Part shown: one piece after another, positions 39,363 through 51,712 of the stretch | Layout of the letters: each line of letters starts with the position of its first letter | Numbering within the stretch: the first letter of the stretch is position 1 | DNA from: Laetmonice hystrix | Taxonomy: Eukaryota | Direction of reading: 5' to 3' | NCBI GenBank assembly: GCA_965235115.1 | Contig: OZ249436.1 | Location: 6,760,001 to 6,820,000 of the forward strand | Length of the DNA stretch: 60,000 nt | Notes under the pieces: generated by a model | The model's input: only the letters and a program-made list of their open reading frames with translations | What the model was told of the DNA's origin: nothing | Databases searched by the model: none | Made by a program: the position numbers and the translations under genes

Positions 39363-41368
39363 TTTAAGCAACAAAACACGTTGCCCGGTCTGTTGTAATG
39401 GGGTGTTATCCAGTGTTTCTTTTTTGTACCTGCATTTTTTACCCGTTTTCTGTGAGACTCTCACCCGAAAACGACGAAAATCATGAGGGTTGTTCCATGA
39501 CAGCATACTCTCACAGCCTGTGATCCCAAAGGGTAGGATCATAGGTTTTTCCCGATCTGTGAGACTCTCATAGCTTTTTACTATGAGGGTCTCATGGGAA
39601 AAGGCTTTTGTGCAATGTAAGGAGGGCTGTGAGGGTAGTATGAGATACCCTCACCACCATGATACTTATTGTGCAACGGGGGCTATGTCGTGTGCTACAG
39701 TGTGGTTAACAATCTGTTAGAGCCTGTTGGTGTGGCCACAGAGAGAGAGACGAGCCGGGTACTTCAGACCACTGCCTGTTTTTTCTTGATACATCGGCAG
39801 AGAGAAAATCCCCCTCTCTTTACATGTCATCGCCCTCCGCTACTCGCTCCACAACAAAAACCCTGCCTTGTCAGTCACCCCATTGATTGGCCCTTCTTGA
39901 ATCTTATTAGAGCTCACCAGCTTCTGAAACACACGCCACAGCGGCACGCATCAGTTGGGCAACCCGACGCTTGCTCCACAGACTTGGGATCATCGCGTGC
40001 ATCAACCGCCACAGCGCTCCTTCTTCTGCTCGCCGCAAGAGATGATGGCAGCTATTAAGTCTGTTACCTGCCGCAAAGGATCCCGCGCCAGCTCAAAGAT
40101 CGATACCTGTTTTCTGCTGAGCGCACATCTCGCCATTACAAACGAATTCCCCCCAACAAGTCCCTCTCCATCCCTCTCGATGTCTCTTTATTCTCACATT
40201 GGTTCTCTAATCATGCAACAAACAACAAAGCCAACACAGTACTTTCAATCTGTCTCGCGTCTGTTTCTAAAATACTCGCTCCTTCTAATCAAAATCCTCC
40301 TGTAATATTGGCATACCATGCAGATAATAAAAATATACTGATGTTAAGGGAGCATCTAATACACGCCTACGCAGCCAGCTTTATTTTAGTTCAGACAGCC
40401 ATGACTGATGCCATTCTTGGCGCGGGCAAGGAGAGAATTAGCTCTGATGGCCCACTCCTTGCAGTGTTGATCGTCTTCAGGTGCCGACCGCTGAGAGACC
40501 AATCTATTGGTCGCATGTCAACACCCATGTTGAGATGTATTGTTTTACCACTAAACGTGCAAGGACGTGATAATCGAGTGGCTTTCAACACCTTTCACTA
40601 TAAATCACGACAAAACGTCGTCACGACCAAGCAAGTGTGAACCACTTCACTTTGAGGTCCATGGCGCCCTATACCTTACATCAAGGTGAAATGTTAACAA
40701 CGACTGGCAATGCTCTGTTTCCTGCAAAAGAACCCTTGCCATGCGCCTATCGGTAGGACTAAAATGTAGCCCCGGTGTGCGGGTTTCTCCTATATCAACT
40801 CATCATCATACCCGTGCAAAAATTACTTGTTCTCGTCCTGACGATGGATCTTAACGTTTCTGTCCGGACTGGAGCATTGGTCTTCAGGCGTTTGATCTCC
40901 ATACTACATGTATTATAGACTTGTAGCCCTAGCGGTACCCCTACCGGTACCGTCGCAAACAGTCGCCACAATCACAGAACAGATCTGGCTGGTTACCTGG
41001 AATGACTCGCCACCCGCGTGACGTATCACCTCCACAGACCCTTGGAAACACGTGACCTATAGGTTCGTTAGTTTATTACAGCTACCCCTACGGAAGCTAC
41101 TGGCTGCGGGGTCGGGGGTAATTGGGCAGGCCAAGATAAGCCTAACCCCCGGGTAGATAAGATGATTACAGATCCATGCGATCCTTGCGAGAGGGTTAAC
41201 CAGTACCCTTCTACACGGCACTCATCAGTTGTGGGTCCCAGGTGACACGATCTGGGGGCTTTGATCTATGGTCCTACAGGTAGATTTATCGTCAAGGGAT
41301 GCGTGGGATCCGGGTGGGCAGAGTCCACAGTCCATCTTTTATGGCATCACTTCCGAGTCTCACTGATC

Positions 41369-44300
41369 ACTGCTATAGACCGTGGAGGGTGAGCTAAGGC
41401 TGCACGGACAGAACTCATACACCGATACACAGTTCAGTAAGGACTGCTATAGCCTGTGGAGGGTGAGCTAAGGCTGGCACGGACAGAACTCATACACCCA
41501 TACACAGTTCAGGAAGGACTGCTATAGACCGTGGAGGGTGAGCTAAGGCTGGCACGGACAGAACTCATACACCCATACACAGTTCAGGAAGGACTGCTAT
41601 AGACTGTGGAGGGTGAGCTAAGGCTGGCACGGACAGAACTCATACACCCATACACAGTTCAGGAAGGACTGCTATAGACTGTGGAGGGTGAGCTAAGGCT
41701 GGCAGGGACAGAACTCATACACCCATACACAGTTCAGGAAGGACTGCTATAGACTGTGGAGGGTGAGCTAAGGCTGCTGGCACGGACAGAACTCATACAC
41801 CCATACACAGTTCAGGAAGGACTGCTATAGACCGTGGAGGGTGAGCTAAGGCTGGCACGGACAGAACTCATACACCCATACAGTTCAGGAAGGACTGCTA
41901 TAGTCTGTGGAGGGTGAGCTAAGGCTGCACGGACAGAACTCATACACCCATACAGTTCAGGAAGGACTGCTATAGCCTGTGGAGGGTGAGCTAAGGCTGC
42001 ACGGACAGACTCATACACCCATACACAGTTCAGGAAGGACTGCTATAGACTGTGGAGGGTGAGCTAAGGCTGGCACGGACAGAACTCATACACCCATACA
42101 CAGTTCAGGAAGGACTGCTATAGACTGTGGAGGGTGAGCTAAGGCTGGCACGGACAGAACTCATACACCCATACACAGTTCAGGAAGGACTGCTATAGAC
42201 TCTGGAGGGTGAGCTAAGGCTGGCAGGGACAGAACTCATACACCCATACACAGTTCAGGAAGGACTGCTATAGACTGTGGAGGGTGAGCTAAGGCTGGCA
42301 CGGACAGAACTCATACACCCATACACAGTTCAGGAAGGACTGCTATAGACTGTGGAGGGTGAGCTAAGGCTGGCACGGACAGAACTCATACACCCATACA
42401 GTTCAGGAAGGACTGCTATAGACTGTGGAGGGTGAGCTAAGGCTGCACGGACAGAACTCATACACCCATACACAGTTCAGGAAGGACTGCTATAGCCTGT
42501 GGAGGGTGAGCTAAGGCTGGCAGGGACAGAACTCATACACCGATACACAGTTCAGGAAGGACTGCTATAGCCTGTGGAGGGTGAGCTAAGGCTGCACGGA
42601 CAGAACTCATACACCCATACACAGTTCAGGAAGGACTGCTATAGCCTGTGGAGGGTGAGCTAAGGCTGGCAGGGACAGAACTCATACACCGATACACAGT
42701 TCAGGAAGGACTGCTATAGCCTGTGGAGGGTGAGCTAAGGCTGCACGGACAGAACTCATACACCCATACACAGTTCAGGAAGGACTGCTATAGTCTGTGG
42801 AGGGTGAGCTAAGGCTGCACGGACAGAACTCATACACCCATACACAGTTCAGGAAGGACTGCTATAGACCGTGGAGGGTGACCTAAGGCTGCACGGACAG
42901 AACTCATACACCCATACACAGTTCAGGAAGGACTGCTATAGACCGTGGAGGGTGAGCTAAGGCTGCTGGCACGGACAGAACTCATACACCGATACACAGT
43001 TCAGGAAGGACTGCTATAGACTGTGGAGGGTGAGCTAAGGCTGGCACGGACAGAACTCATACACCCATACACAGTTCAGGAAGGACTGCTATAGACTGTG
43101 GAGGGTGAGCTAAGGCTGGCACGGACAGAACTCATACACCCATACACAGTTCAGGAAGGACTGCTATAGACTGTGGAGGGTGAGCTAAGGCTGCACGGAC
43201 AGAACTCATACACCCATACACAGTTCAGGAAGGACTGCTATAGACTGTGGAGGGTGAGCTAAGGCTGGCACGGACAGAACTCATACACCCATACACAGTT
43301 CAGGAAGGACTGCTATAGACTGTGGAGGGTGAGCTAAGGCTGCACGGACAGAACTCATACACCCATACACAGTTCAGGAAGGACTGCTATAGACCGTGGA
43401 GGGTGAGCTAAGGCTGCTGGCACGGACAGAACTCATACACCGATACACAGTTCAGGAAGGACTGCTATAGACTGTGGAGGGTGAGCTAAGGCTGGCACGG
43501 ACAGAACTCATACACCCATATAAGTTCAGTAAGGACTGCTATAGACTGTGGAGGGTGAGCTAAGGCTGCACGGACAGAACCCATACACCGATGCACAGTT
43601 CAGGAAGGACTGCTATAGCCTGTGGAGAGTGAGCTAAGGCTGCACCGACAGAACTCATACACCGATACACAGTTCAGGAAGGACTGCTATAGCCTGTGGA
43701 GGGTGAGCTAAGGCTGGCACGGACAGAACTCATACACCCATACACAGTTCAGGAAGGACTGCTATAGACTGTGGAGGGTGAGCTAAGGCTGGCACGGACA
43801 GAACTCATACACCCATACACAGTTCAGGAAGGACTGCTATAGACTGTGGAGGGTGAGCTAAGGCTGGCACGGACAGAACTCATACACCCATACACAGTTC
43901 AGGAAGGACTGCTATAGACTGTGGAGGGTGAGCTAAGGCTGCACGGACAGAACTCATACACCCATACACAGTTCAGGAAGGACTGCTATAGACTGTGGAG
44001 GGTGAGCTAAGGCTGGCACGGACAGAACTCATACACCCATACACAGTTCAGGAAGGACTGCTATAGACTGTGGAGGGTGAGCTAAGGCTGCACGGACAGA
44101 ACTCATACACCCATACACAGTTCAGGAAGGACTGCTATAGACCGTGGAGGGTGAGCTAAGGCTGCTGGCACGGACAGAACTCATACACCGATACACAGTT
44201 CAGGAAGGACTGCTATAGACTGTGGAGGGTGAGCTAAGGCTGGCACGGACAGAACTCATACACCCATATAAGTTCAGTAAGGACTGCTATAGACTGTGGA

Positions 44301-45025
44301 GGGTGAGCTAAGGCTGCACGGACAGAACCCATACACCGATGCACAGTTCAGGAAGGACTGCTATAGCCTGTGGAGAGTGAGCTAAGGCTGCACCGACAGA
44401 ACTCATACACCGATACACAGTTCAGGAAGGACTGCTATAGCCTGTGGAGGGTGAGCTAAGGCTGCACGGACAGAACTCATACACCCATACACAGTTCAGG
44501 AAGGACTGCTATAGACCGTGGAGGGTGAGCTAAGGCTGCACGGACAGAACTCATACACCCATACACAGTTCAGGAAGGACTGCTATAGACTGTGGAGGGT
44601 GAGCTAAGGCTGCACGGACAGAACTCATACACCCATACACAGTTCATGAAGGACTGCTATAGACTGTGGAGGGTGAGCTAAGGCTGGCAGGGACAGAACG
44701 CATACACCCATACACAGTTCAGGAAGGACTGCTATAGACTGTGGAGGGTGAGCTAAGGCTGGCACGGACAGAACTCATACACCCATACACAGTTCAGGAA
44801 GGACTGCTATAGACTGTGGAGGGTGAGCTAAGGCTGGCACGGACAGAACTCATACACCGATACACAGTTCAGGAAGGACTGCTATAGACTGTGGAGGGTG
44901 AGCTAAGGCTGGCAGGGACAGAACTCATACACCCATACACAGTTCAGTAAGGACTGCTATAGACTGTGGAGGGTGAGCTAAGGCTGGCAGGGACAGAACT
45001 CATACACCCATACACAGTTCAGGAA
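41369..45025. repeat. Minisatellite, about 75-bp unit, about 49 copies
   Basis: ACTGCTATAGACTGTGGAGGGTGAGCTAAGGCTGGCACGGACAGAACTCATACACCCATACACAGTTCAGGAAGG in tandem. Confidence 0.98.
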
Positions 45026-45566
45026 CGCCCTGACGTCACTGTATGTCTCCATTGATATCAATTATTGTTGTGAGCAGTGTCAATATGTCTCCATCCATGT
45101 CAATTATTGCTGTGAACAGCAAACACTAACCAAGGATGATACCCAGATAATACCACGCCCACGTGCCTTCTGGTTTCTCGTGGTAACTATAGGAACGCGA
45201 GATGCAGTGAATTCTACCAGACATGCTACACTGTATTATGAAGGGACATTGCACATAATGTCAAGCATGCATGCTTACACTATAACCTTATATTATGTTC
45301 AAATCCATATCACATATATACCATTTGTCACTTATTATGTACAAAAACTGGACGAGGAGACTAAAATAGCATCCCTTAAATATATAATTATGCAGATGTT
45401 CAACAGTGAACTCCAGCAACAGATGTTGATATTCATATATAACGGAATAACATCTTGTAGCTATCACAGAGTATGATCACGTAGATGGCCAGGTGAGAGA
45501 GAGAGAGAGCCTGGACAAGGTGTGGTCGTTGCTCCACAATTCAAAGCGAGCCAGGTTACATGGACG

Positions 45567-46286
45567 GTTCCCCGGGCTATACCAGACTCGGCAAGGTGTG
45601 CGAGTTCCCCGGGCTATACCAGGCTCGGCAAGGTGTGCGAGTTCCCCGGGCTATACCAGACTCGGCAAGGTGTTCGAGTTCCCCGGGCTTTTCCAGACTC
45701 GGCAAGGTGTGCGAGTTCCCCGGGCTATACCAGACTCGGCAAGGTGTGCGAGTTCCCCGGGCTATACCAGACAAGGTGTGCGAGTTCCCCGGGCTATAGG
45801 CCTACCAGACTCGGCAAGGTGTGCGAGTTCCCCGGGCTATAGGCCTACCAGACCCGGCAAGGTGTGCGAGTTCCCCGGGCTATACCAGGCTCGGCAAGGT
45901 GTGCGAGTTCCCCGGGCTATACCAGACTCGGCAAGGTGTGCGAGTTCCCCGGGCTACACCAGACTCGGCAAGGTGTGCGAGTTCCTCGGGCTATACCAGA
46001 CAAGGTGTACGAGTTCCCCGGGCTATACCAGACAAGGTGTACGAGTTCCCCGGGCTATACCAGACAAGGTGTGCGAGTTCCCCGGGCTATACCAGACAAG
46101 GTGTGCGAGTTCCCCGGGCTATACCAGACTCGGCAAGGTGTGCGAGTTCCCCGGGCTATACCAGACAAGGTGTGCGAGTTCCCCGGGCTATACCAGGCTC
46201 GACAAGGTGTGCGAGTTCCCCGGGCTATACCAGGCTCGACAAGGTGTGCGAGTTCCCCGGGCTATACCAGACAAGGTGTGCGAGTT
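45567..46286. repeat. Minisatellite, 37/32-bp units, about 20 copies
   Basis: GTTCCCCGGGCTATACCAGA(CTCGG)CAAGGTGTGCGA in tandem; it explains the overlapping ORFs at 45493-46541. Confidence 0.96.
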
Positions 46287-48212
46287 GAGCCACGTACCCA
46301 GGCCACAGTGAAAGCCAACACCGGCCTATTCATCATTAATGCAAGCTTCTCCAATGTTCACGGGCGCTGTGATGAGACAGGTGTGAAGCGAAGGAAGTCT
46401 GCATGGATCACCTATGGTCACGGTAGACTACCCGGCTTCCATCACTCCATACTGCCCCCACAGAACGGGCCCCGGGCGCTGCCCTCTTCCCACGGACTAA
46501 GAAAAATCGGGTCTACTTATACCATGCCAAAAAAGTTGTAATAAATGATTTTGCTTATTTGTCGTGTTTGTTCACACTTTATGGCATGCCGAATGCTGTT
46601 TGTGGGTATAATGTTGTGGGGTCTGGCGATGGCACTGGCTGGGTATGGGTGGAGGATGATATAATACGTGAAACATTCTCACAGGCACCAATGGGCACGT
46701 CGCGGGAAGGTCAATAACTTGTAGGGTTCCCGACTATCAAGGTGAGCTCAAGGAGAAATATACAAGACAAAGAGGGACATTATAATCAGCTACGTCATCC
46801 TGCATCCTCCTGGGAGAGGGATATTGAAGAATGTTTATCATTCATTGCTAATTGTTCTTCGTGTACATTACTAGCTCCCTCCCTCTCCATCGTTCTCTCC
46901 CCTCTCTGTCTCTCTCTCTCCCTCTCTATTTTCATCAAAGGCTCCATGAAGCTGGTCCCGTCTGGAGGTGGGCGGTCGACGTGTGCGGCGGTGGGCCGGG
47001 GAGTGGGTTTAGTCTGCCTGCTCTGGGCCCTCGCTACTCCCGCCTCTCCTATAGCTATGTCAGTTTTATATGTTTTACAAGTATTCCCGCCGAAGACATA
47101 TCGACGGGGAGTCGCACTTTGACAGGTAGTTTTGGCACATATGGTTACCCTTTAACTGGTTGGATGAAAGAGACGAAACGACCCGAACGACTTTTTCATG
47201 GTGTCACTGGTGCAGTGGCCGCGGTCAGCGGCTTTACTTTGATCACCTGTACTGGTCAGCGATTGCACATGTCCACTTGGTTGACCGGTTCCCAACGAGA
47301 TGCGGCCCATTGATGACAAGTCCTGCCCATGCCGCCGCCCTCTATACGCCTCTTACCTATTCAAAGGTTGGCCACCCTCACGGTCTATGTGAACGTATGA
47401 ACTGCTGGAGACCGTGCACGCATCATGTTCTAAGTTACCATCTTTCAACTCCACACAGTTTACAATCACATTCCCTAGTAAATGCTTCGCATAATGCATG
47501 TTTGAGTATAGAAGATAAAAATGACACAGTCCTCAGACAATACGGGATCAGATCCCGGATAGCTAGAGATCTATTCCCCACGCATTTTGAAGAAAATATC
47601 ATGAAATGACGCATAAACAGGTTATATGGCCTACAATAAACTACAAAACCAGACCAGACTAGCAACGCCTCGAACCTGTAATCGTAATTTTTAAACTTCT
47701 TTCCCAGGGTTCAAGGATGTAAGGAGTACATTTATAAAGATTTAGAGCACAGGTCTTCAGTTCTTTAAATATCCGTATGACTCCTCATGCGTTTTAATCA
47801 TTAGCATACTTCGTACCTGCGTATGTTCAGGATAACTAACGAACTTGTCAACCTATAGACTGCTTTCATTTGAAACCTTTTGATGTTGTAGCTTTACCTC
47901 AGTGTAAGAACCTACCATATATCATGGCCGTGACAACCAGTGCCTTTCTCCATAAACTAACCATAAATGGCGCCTTCTATGTCACTGTCCAACAGATTCT
48001 CTTCACAATAAGATCGATGTTGTAATAAATTATGTGAAAATATGTCACACCAAATGAGCTTTTTCTCACTTCGAAGTTTGAATTTTCATTCCAGCTACAG
48101 TATTATAGGAGTATTACAATAATGACACCAAGAAAACATGGAATATACAGCTACGAACTCAGACTTGAAAGCGACTGAGCAATATTCTACCATAATACAA
48201 CGACTACAAAAA

Positions 48213-48688
48213 TCTGTGGGTGTCGTGATTGTGTAACTATAGATTTGTGTTGAAAGCCTGCCGACCAGTGGTATTTGGTTGGGGTGGAGGGTCTGTGGGT
48301 GTCGTGATTGTGTAACTATAGATTTGTGTTGAAAGCCTGGCGACCAGTGGTATTTGGCTGGGGTGGAGGGTCTGTGGGTGTCGTGATTGTGTAACTATAG
48401 ATTTGTGTTGAAAGCCTGGCGACCAATGGTATTTGGTTGGGGTGGAGGGTCTGTGGGTGTCGTGATTGTGTAACTATAGATTTGTGTTGAAAGCCTGGCG
48501 ACCAGTGGTATTTGGTTGGGGTGGAGGGTCTGTGGGTGTCGTGATTGTGTAACTATAGATTTGTGTTGAAAGCCTGCCAACCAGTGGTATTTGGCTGGGG
48601 TGGAGGGTCTGTGGGTGTCGTGATTGTGTAACTATAGATTTGTGTTGAAAGCCTGGCGACCAGTGGTATTTGGTTGGGGTGGAGGGTC
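48213..48688. repeat. Minisatellite, 79-bp unit, 6 copies
   Basis: TCTGTGGGTGTCGTGATTGTGTAACTATAGATTTGTGTTGAAAGCCTGGCGACCAGTGGTATTTGGTTGGGGTGGAGGG in tandem. Confidence 0.96.
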
Positions 48689-49063
48689 GGACTGGAATGA
48701 AAAGGTAAAGGGTGTGATGGACAAGATAACGGGTGGTGTCCCCCGCGGGGTGAGGGACAGGCCGAGTAAAAGGTGGGACAGGGAACCGCCAGGTGGACAG
48801 GCACGGACAGGACACGCCTCCAAACATAATGTCACTAGGGCAATCTGTAAAACACCATTCAAATAATGCATGTACTATACCTGTCTGCCCCACCATCCAT
48901 CAACTCTGAAGGCAGGAGTTCTGCTGCATATTCTGCATAGGTACATGTATGTGTCTGCACCTACTTGTAGGAATTCGACAAGCAAATAACTTCCTAAACA
49001 TTTAGAAATATTAGTCGCCTATACAATATGGTAGAAAAAAGGGGACAGGCTGACATAATATAT

Positions 49064-50117
49064 TGTGTTGGCACACTGGGGTCGGATAAGAGCAGAAACC
49101 TGAGAGTCAGAGCAGAAATAGAGAGAGGTATAATTGGGACGCAGTAACACTTTAGACCAATAGGCGAGCAGAGAAGGGGAGCTAAGACCCAGATAGGCAA
49201 AGGAAACCAGGCCGGAATAATTGGGACGCAGTAACACTTTAGACCAATAGGCAAGCAGAGAAGGAGAACTAAGACCCAGATAGATAAAGGAAACCAGGCC
49301 GGAATAATTAGGAGGCAGTAACACTTTAGGCCAATAGGAGGAGAGTGCAGGTTAGGACATGACATAGATCGAGAAAACTGACATAGATCGAAAATAAGGG
49401 GGGTATAAATAGGAAAATAGAAGGAATCAAAGGCGCAGTGCAGTGTCTTAAGATCAGAAAAGTGGGAGAGAGGAGTGAGCTGGTGGTCTTCACTAGGTTG
49501 TGGGATACGATAAGATCCAGAGAACGGAATTTACGGGACTATACGAGGGAGTATACGAAAGCCGGATTATCAAGTGTTTGGAAAGTTCAATGGATTAAGA
49601 GTGTACATGTATTAGTGCCCGGAATATTGGTGAAACGAAGTGTTCTGGAAGTTATATGAAACGGAACGGGGATTCCGTTATTCTCCTGAGAGTGCTCGGC
49701 AAAGGAATATATTACCTCAACGGTGTCACCTATTAGTCTGGTTTCTGTACTCATCGGATAATATCGCAAGTGTATTCATTCACGTCACCAACCCATGTAC
49801 TCACAAGAAGACGAAGGATTGTTCACGGATCGTTAATAAATAGTAGAACTTTATCGCAGATGTCAATGTTGTGGTAGAACCTGGGAAATCATCTATAACC
49901 GTTTACCTTTAGGAGTGGAAACCCTACCATTTGATGCTAGCCCCTTTTAAGCGTTGGGAAGAACCTTAGTACCTCTCGTAAAATGACAATAGTGGCGCAA
50001 GCCTGGTGGAGAACGGACCTTTAAACCCCAAACTCAAAGAACGAACGGAAAGTATAAACATCATCTAAACATCTAATATAAAACCAAAGTCTCAAAAGAA
50101 ACAAACACCCCAACGCA
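49064..50117 (+). repeat. 5' LTR (about 1054 bp)
   Basis: Starts TGTGTTGG, exactly where identity with 59487 begins. Ends CCAACGCA (imperfect inverted terminus) just before the PBS. The right boundary is inferred because the 3' LTR is truncated by the window. Confidence 0.88.
49131..49412 (+). promoter_or_regulatory. LTR U3 enhancer/promoter: 87-bp direct repeats with CCAAT boxes, then a TATA box
   Basis: TAATT(G/A)GGA..CAGTAACACTTTAG.CCAATAGG units start at 49131, 49218 and 49305. TATAAATA at 49404-49411. Confidence 0.7.
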
Positions 50118-50119
50118 TC

Positions 50120-50130
50120 TGGTGGAGAAT
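50120..50130 (+). other. Primer binding site, tRNA-Ala-like
   Basis: TGGTGGAGAAT lies 2 nt after the LTR-terminal CA. It is complementary to the 3' end (ATTCTCCACCA) typical of eukaryotic tRNA-Ala. Confidence 0.75.
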
Positions 50131-50317
50131 TCGAAGGATACGGACAGTTGATCGTTTCAAGGGATACCATAACGGAGATTAAGAGGATCGTTCTGATTGC
50201 TTAAGGACAATAAGGACGACATAAGAACAGATTGTGATGATCATATTTATTTCAATTGGATAAAAATATTAATGGACGGTTGGAAGAGACTGTAGTTCGG
50301 CTGCTGGTCTATTGTGG

Positions 50318-51712
50318 ATGGCAGAAGGGACGCACACACCGCCGATCTGGAAAAGAAGACAACTAAGGTCAGATCCGAACTTCCAACAAATTGAACTGGA
50401 AGGAGATAGAGTACGTATACAAGGACATATATACACAACTGAGGATATTGCCGAGAATCCCTATTATAGACAAATGGCTAATTTAGGCGGAGGAGCACAG
50501 GGGCTGCCGCCAATAGAACCACCACGTGAAGATATGGATCGGGGACAGCTCAACCTGGTGGAGGAAGCAGGGCCACCACCTCTCTCCCCACAACAACTGC
50601 AGCAGCAACAACAACTGCAGCAGCAACAACTGCAGCAGCAGCAACAACAACTGCAGCAACAACCGCAGCAGCAACAACAGCAACAGCAGGTGCTACAGCA
50701 GCCACCTGCCGTTCTTCCTGCGGGGCAACAAGCACTGCCGCCACCGCAGGAGGCTGCAAATAGCTCCACATCTGGAAGGGATAGTCCAGGAATGCACGCA
50801 CGAAATAATGGGATTAGGATGCCGCATTTACAGTTACCAACATTTCAAGGAAAATCAGATGAATGCATCAGAACGTATTTTGACGAAACGGAGAGTTTAG
50901 CACGTATTTATAAATGGCCCGACGACCACATCCTGGCCATGGCACTACATGGATTGAAAGGTACGGCAGCGGATTGGATGAAAGCGTTAGATCCGGCGGA
51001 CCGGGCAACATATACGGCGCTGAAGACGCGATTAACGGATATTTTTAGTGATAAAAGGCCGGGATGGCAAAAACATAGAGATATCTTTGCGTTAAAGCAG
51101 CGACGGGGACAGACGGCATTGGAATTTGCTGGGACCCTGCGGAAAAAACAGGCCGAATATAAAGTTTCCGAGCAGATTTTATTATCAGTATTTATTGGAG
51201 GACTCGAGGCTTCATTGTCAAACCAGCTAGCGGTGCAAAACCCTGTGGATTTCACTGAGGCAGTACGGATGGCCTCAAGGCTGGAATCGGTCCAGGGAAA
51301 AGAGAAATCGTGTGCGGCAGCGAACCAGCCTACAAGCCTCATGCAAGAAATTTTGGCAGCCCTGGCCAGACTGGAGGCGGGACAGACCCGAAAATATGGC
51401 CCACCACGGGGAGACCGACAGTCGCCCACCAGGCCAGGTCAGGAGAATGAAGTTACACCGCCATATGACCGTGGATTCGGACGAGGTCGTAGGCCGCCAC
51501 CGACAATGTTCCCGTGTCCATGGGACGAGGGTGTTCCCTATTGTCGCCAACATCAATCAAGGGGGGATTGTCGATGGTTTAGAGGCGACCGTCCGAGAGA
51601 TGGAAGATGGAGGCAGCCGGAAAGGGGAAACCGCCCAGAGATCATACCATCGGCCAGGCTGGGAAAACGTCAGGGAAACGCCGGAGTCGTCCCTCGACAG
51701 CAGGAACAGTAA
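50318..51712 (+). CDS. gag: Gag polyprotein
   Basis: ORF 50312-51712, first ATG at 50318. Poly-Gln tract, capsid-like region LPTFQGKSDE...YF...W, LKQRRGQTALEFA...L...FIGGL, and an Arg/Gly-rich nucleic-acid-binding tail. Confidence 0.92.
   Translation: MAEGTHTPPIWKRRQLRSDPNFQQIELEGDRVRIQGHIYTTEDIAENPYYRQMANLGGGAQGLPPIEPPREDMDRGQLNLVEEAGPPPLSPQQLQQQQQLQQQQLQQQQQQLQQQPQQQQQQQQVLQQPPAVLPAGQQALPPPQEAANSSTSGRDSPGMHARNNGIRMPHLQLPTFQGKSDECIRTYFDETESLARIYKWPDDHILAMALHGLKGTAADWMKALDPADRATYTALKTRLTDIFSDKRPGWQKHRDIFALKQRRGQTALEFAGTLRKKQAEYKVSEQILLSVFIGGLEASLSNQLAVQNPVDFTEAVRMASRLESVQGKEKSCAAANQPTSLMQEILAALARLEAGQTRKYGPPRGDRQSPTRPGQENEVTPPYDRGFGRGRRPPPTMFPCPWDEGVPYCRQHQSRGDCRWFRGDRPRDGRWRQPERGNRPEIIPSARLGKRQGNAGVVPRQQEQ

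Larger units (their letters stand above)
34990..39683. mobile_element. PIF/Harbinger DNA transposon, full extent but defective, 4694 bp including nested insertions
   Basis: 18-bp imperfect TIRs GGGGTCGTTGCACAATAA (34990-35007) and TTATTGTGCAACGGGGGC (39666-39683) share a perfect 13-bp core. 3-bp TSD TAT at 34987-34989 and 39684-39686. Two convergent genes inside, one a HARBI1-like transposase. Subterminal TGAG-N-CTCA palindromes at both ends. Confidence 0.9.

Noticed and set aside
41180..41230. Hammerhead ribozyme on the minus strand (CTGATGAG followed by a possible stem)
   Set aside because: The required GAAA core after stem II is absent.
45493..46541. Overlapping ORFs of 100-270 aa (likewise 13818-14545 and 20058-21232)
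   Set aside because: All are periodic translations of tandem repeats in several frames.
48994..49365. Antisense hydrophobic ORF in the LTR (also 59462-59788)
   Set aside because: It arises from the 87-bp purine-rich U3 repeats and runs out of the LTR into different flanks in the two copies.
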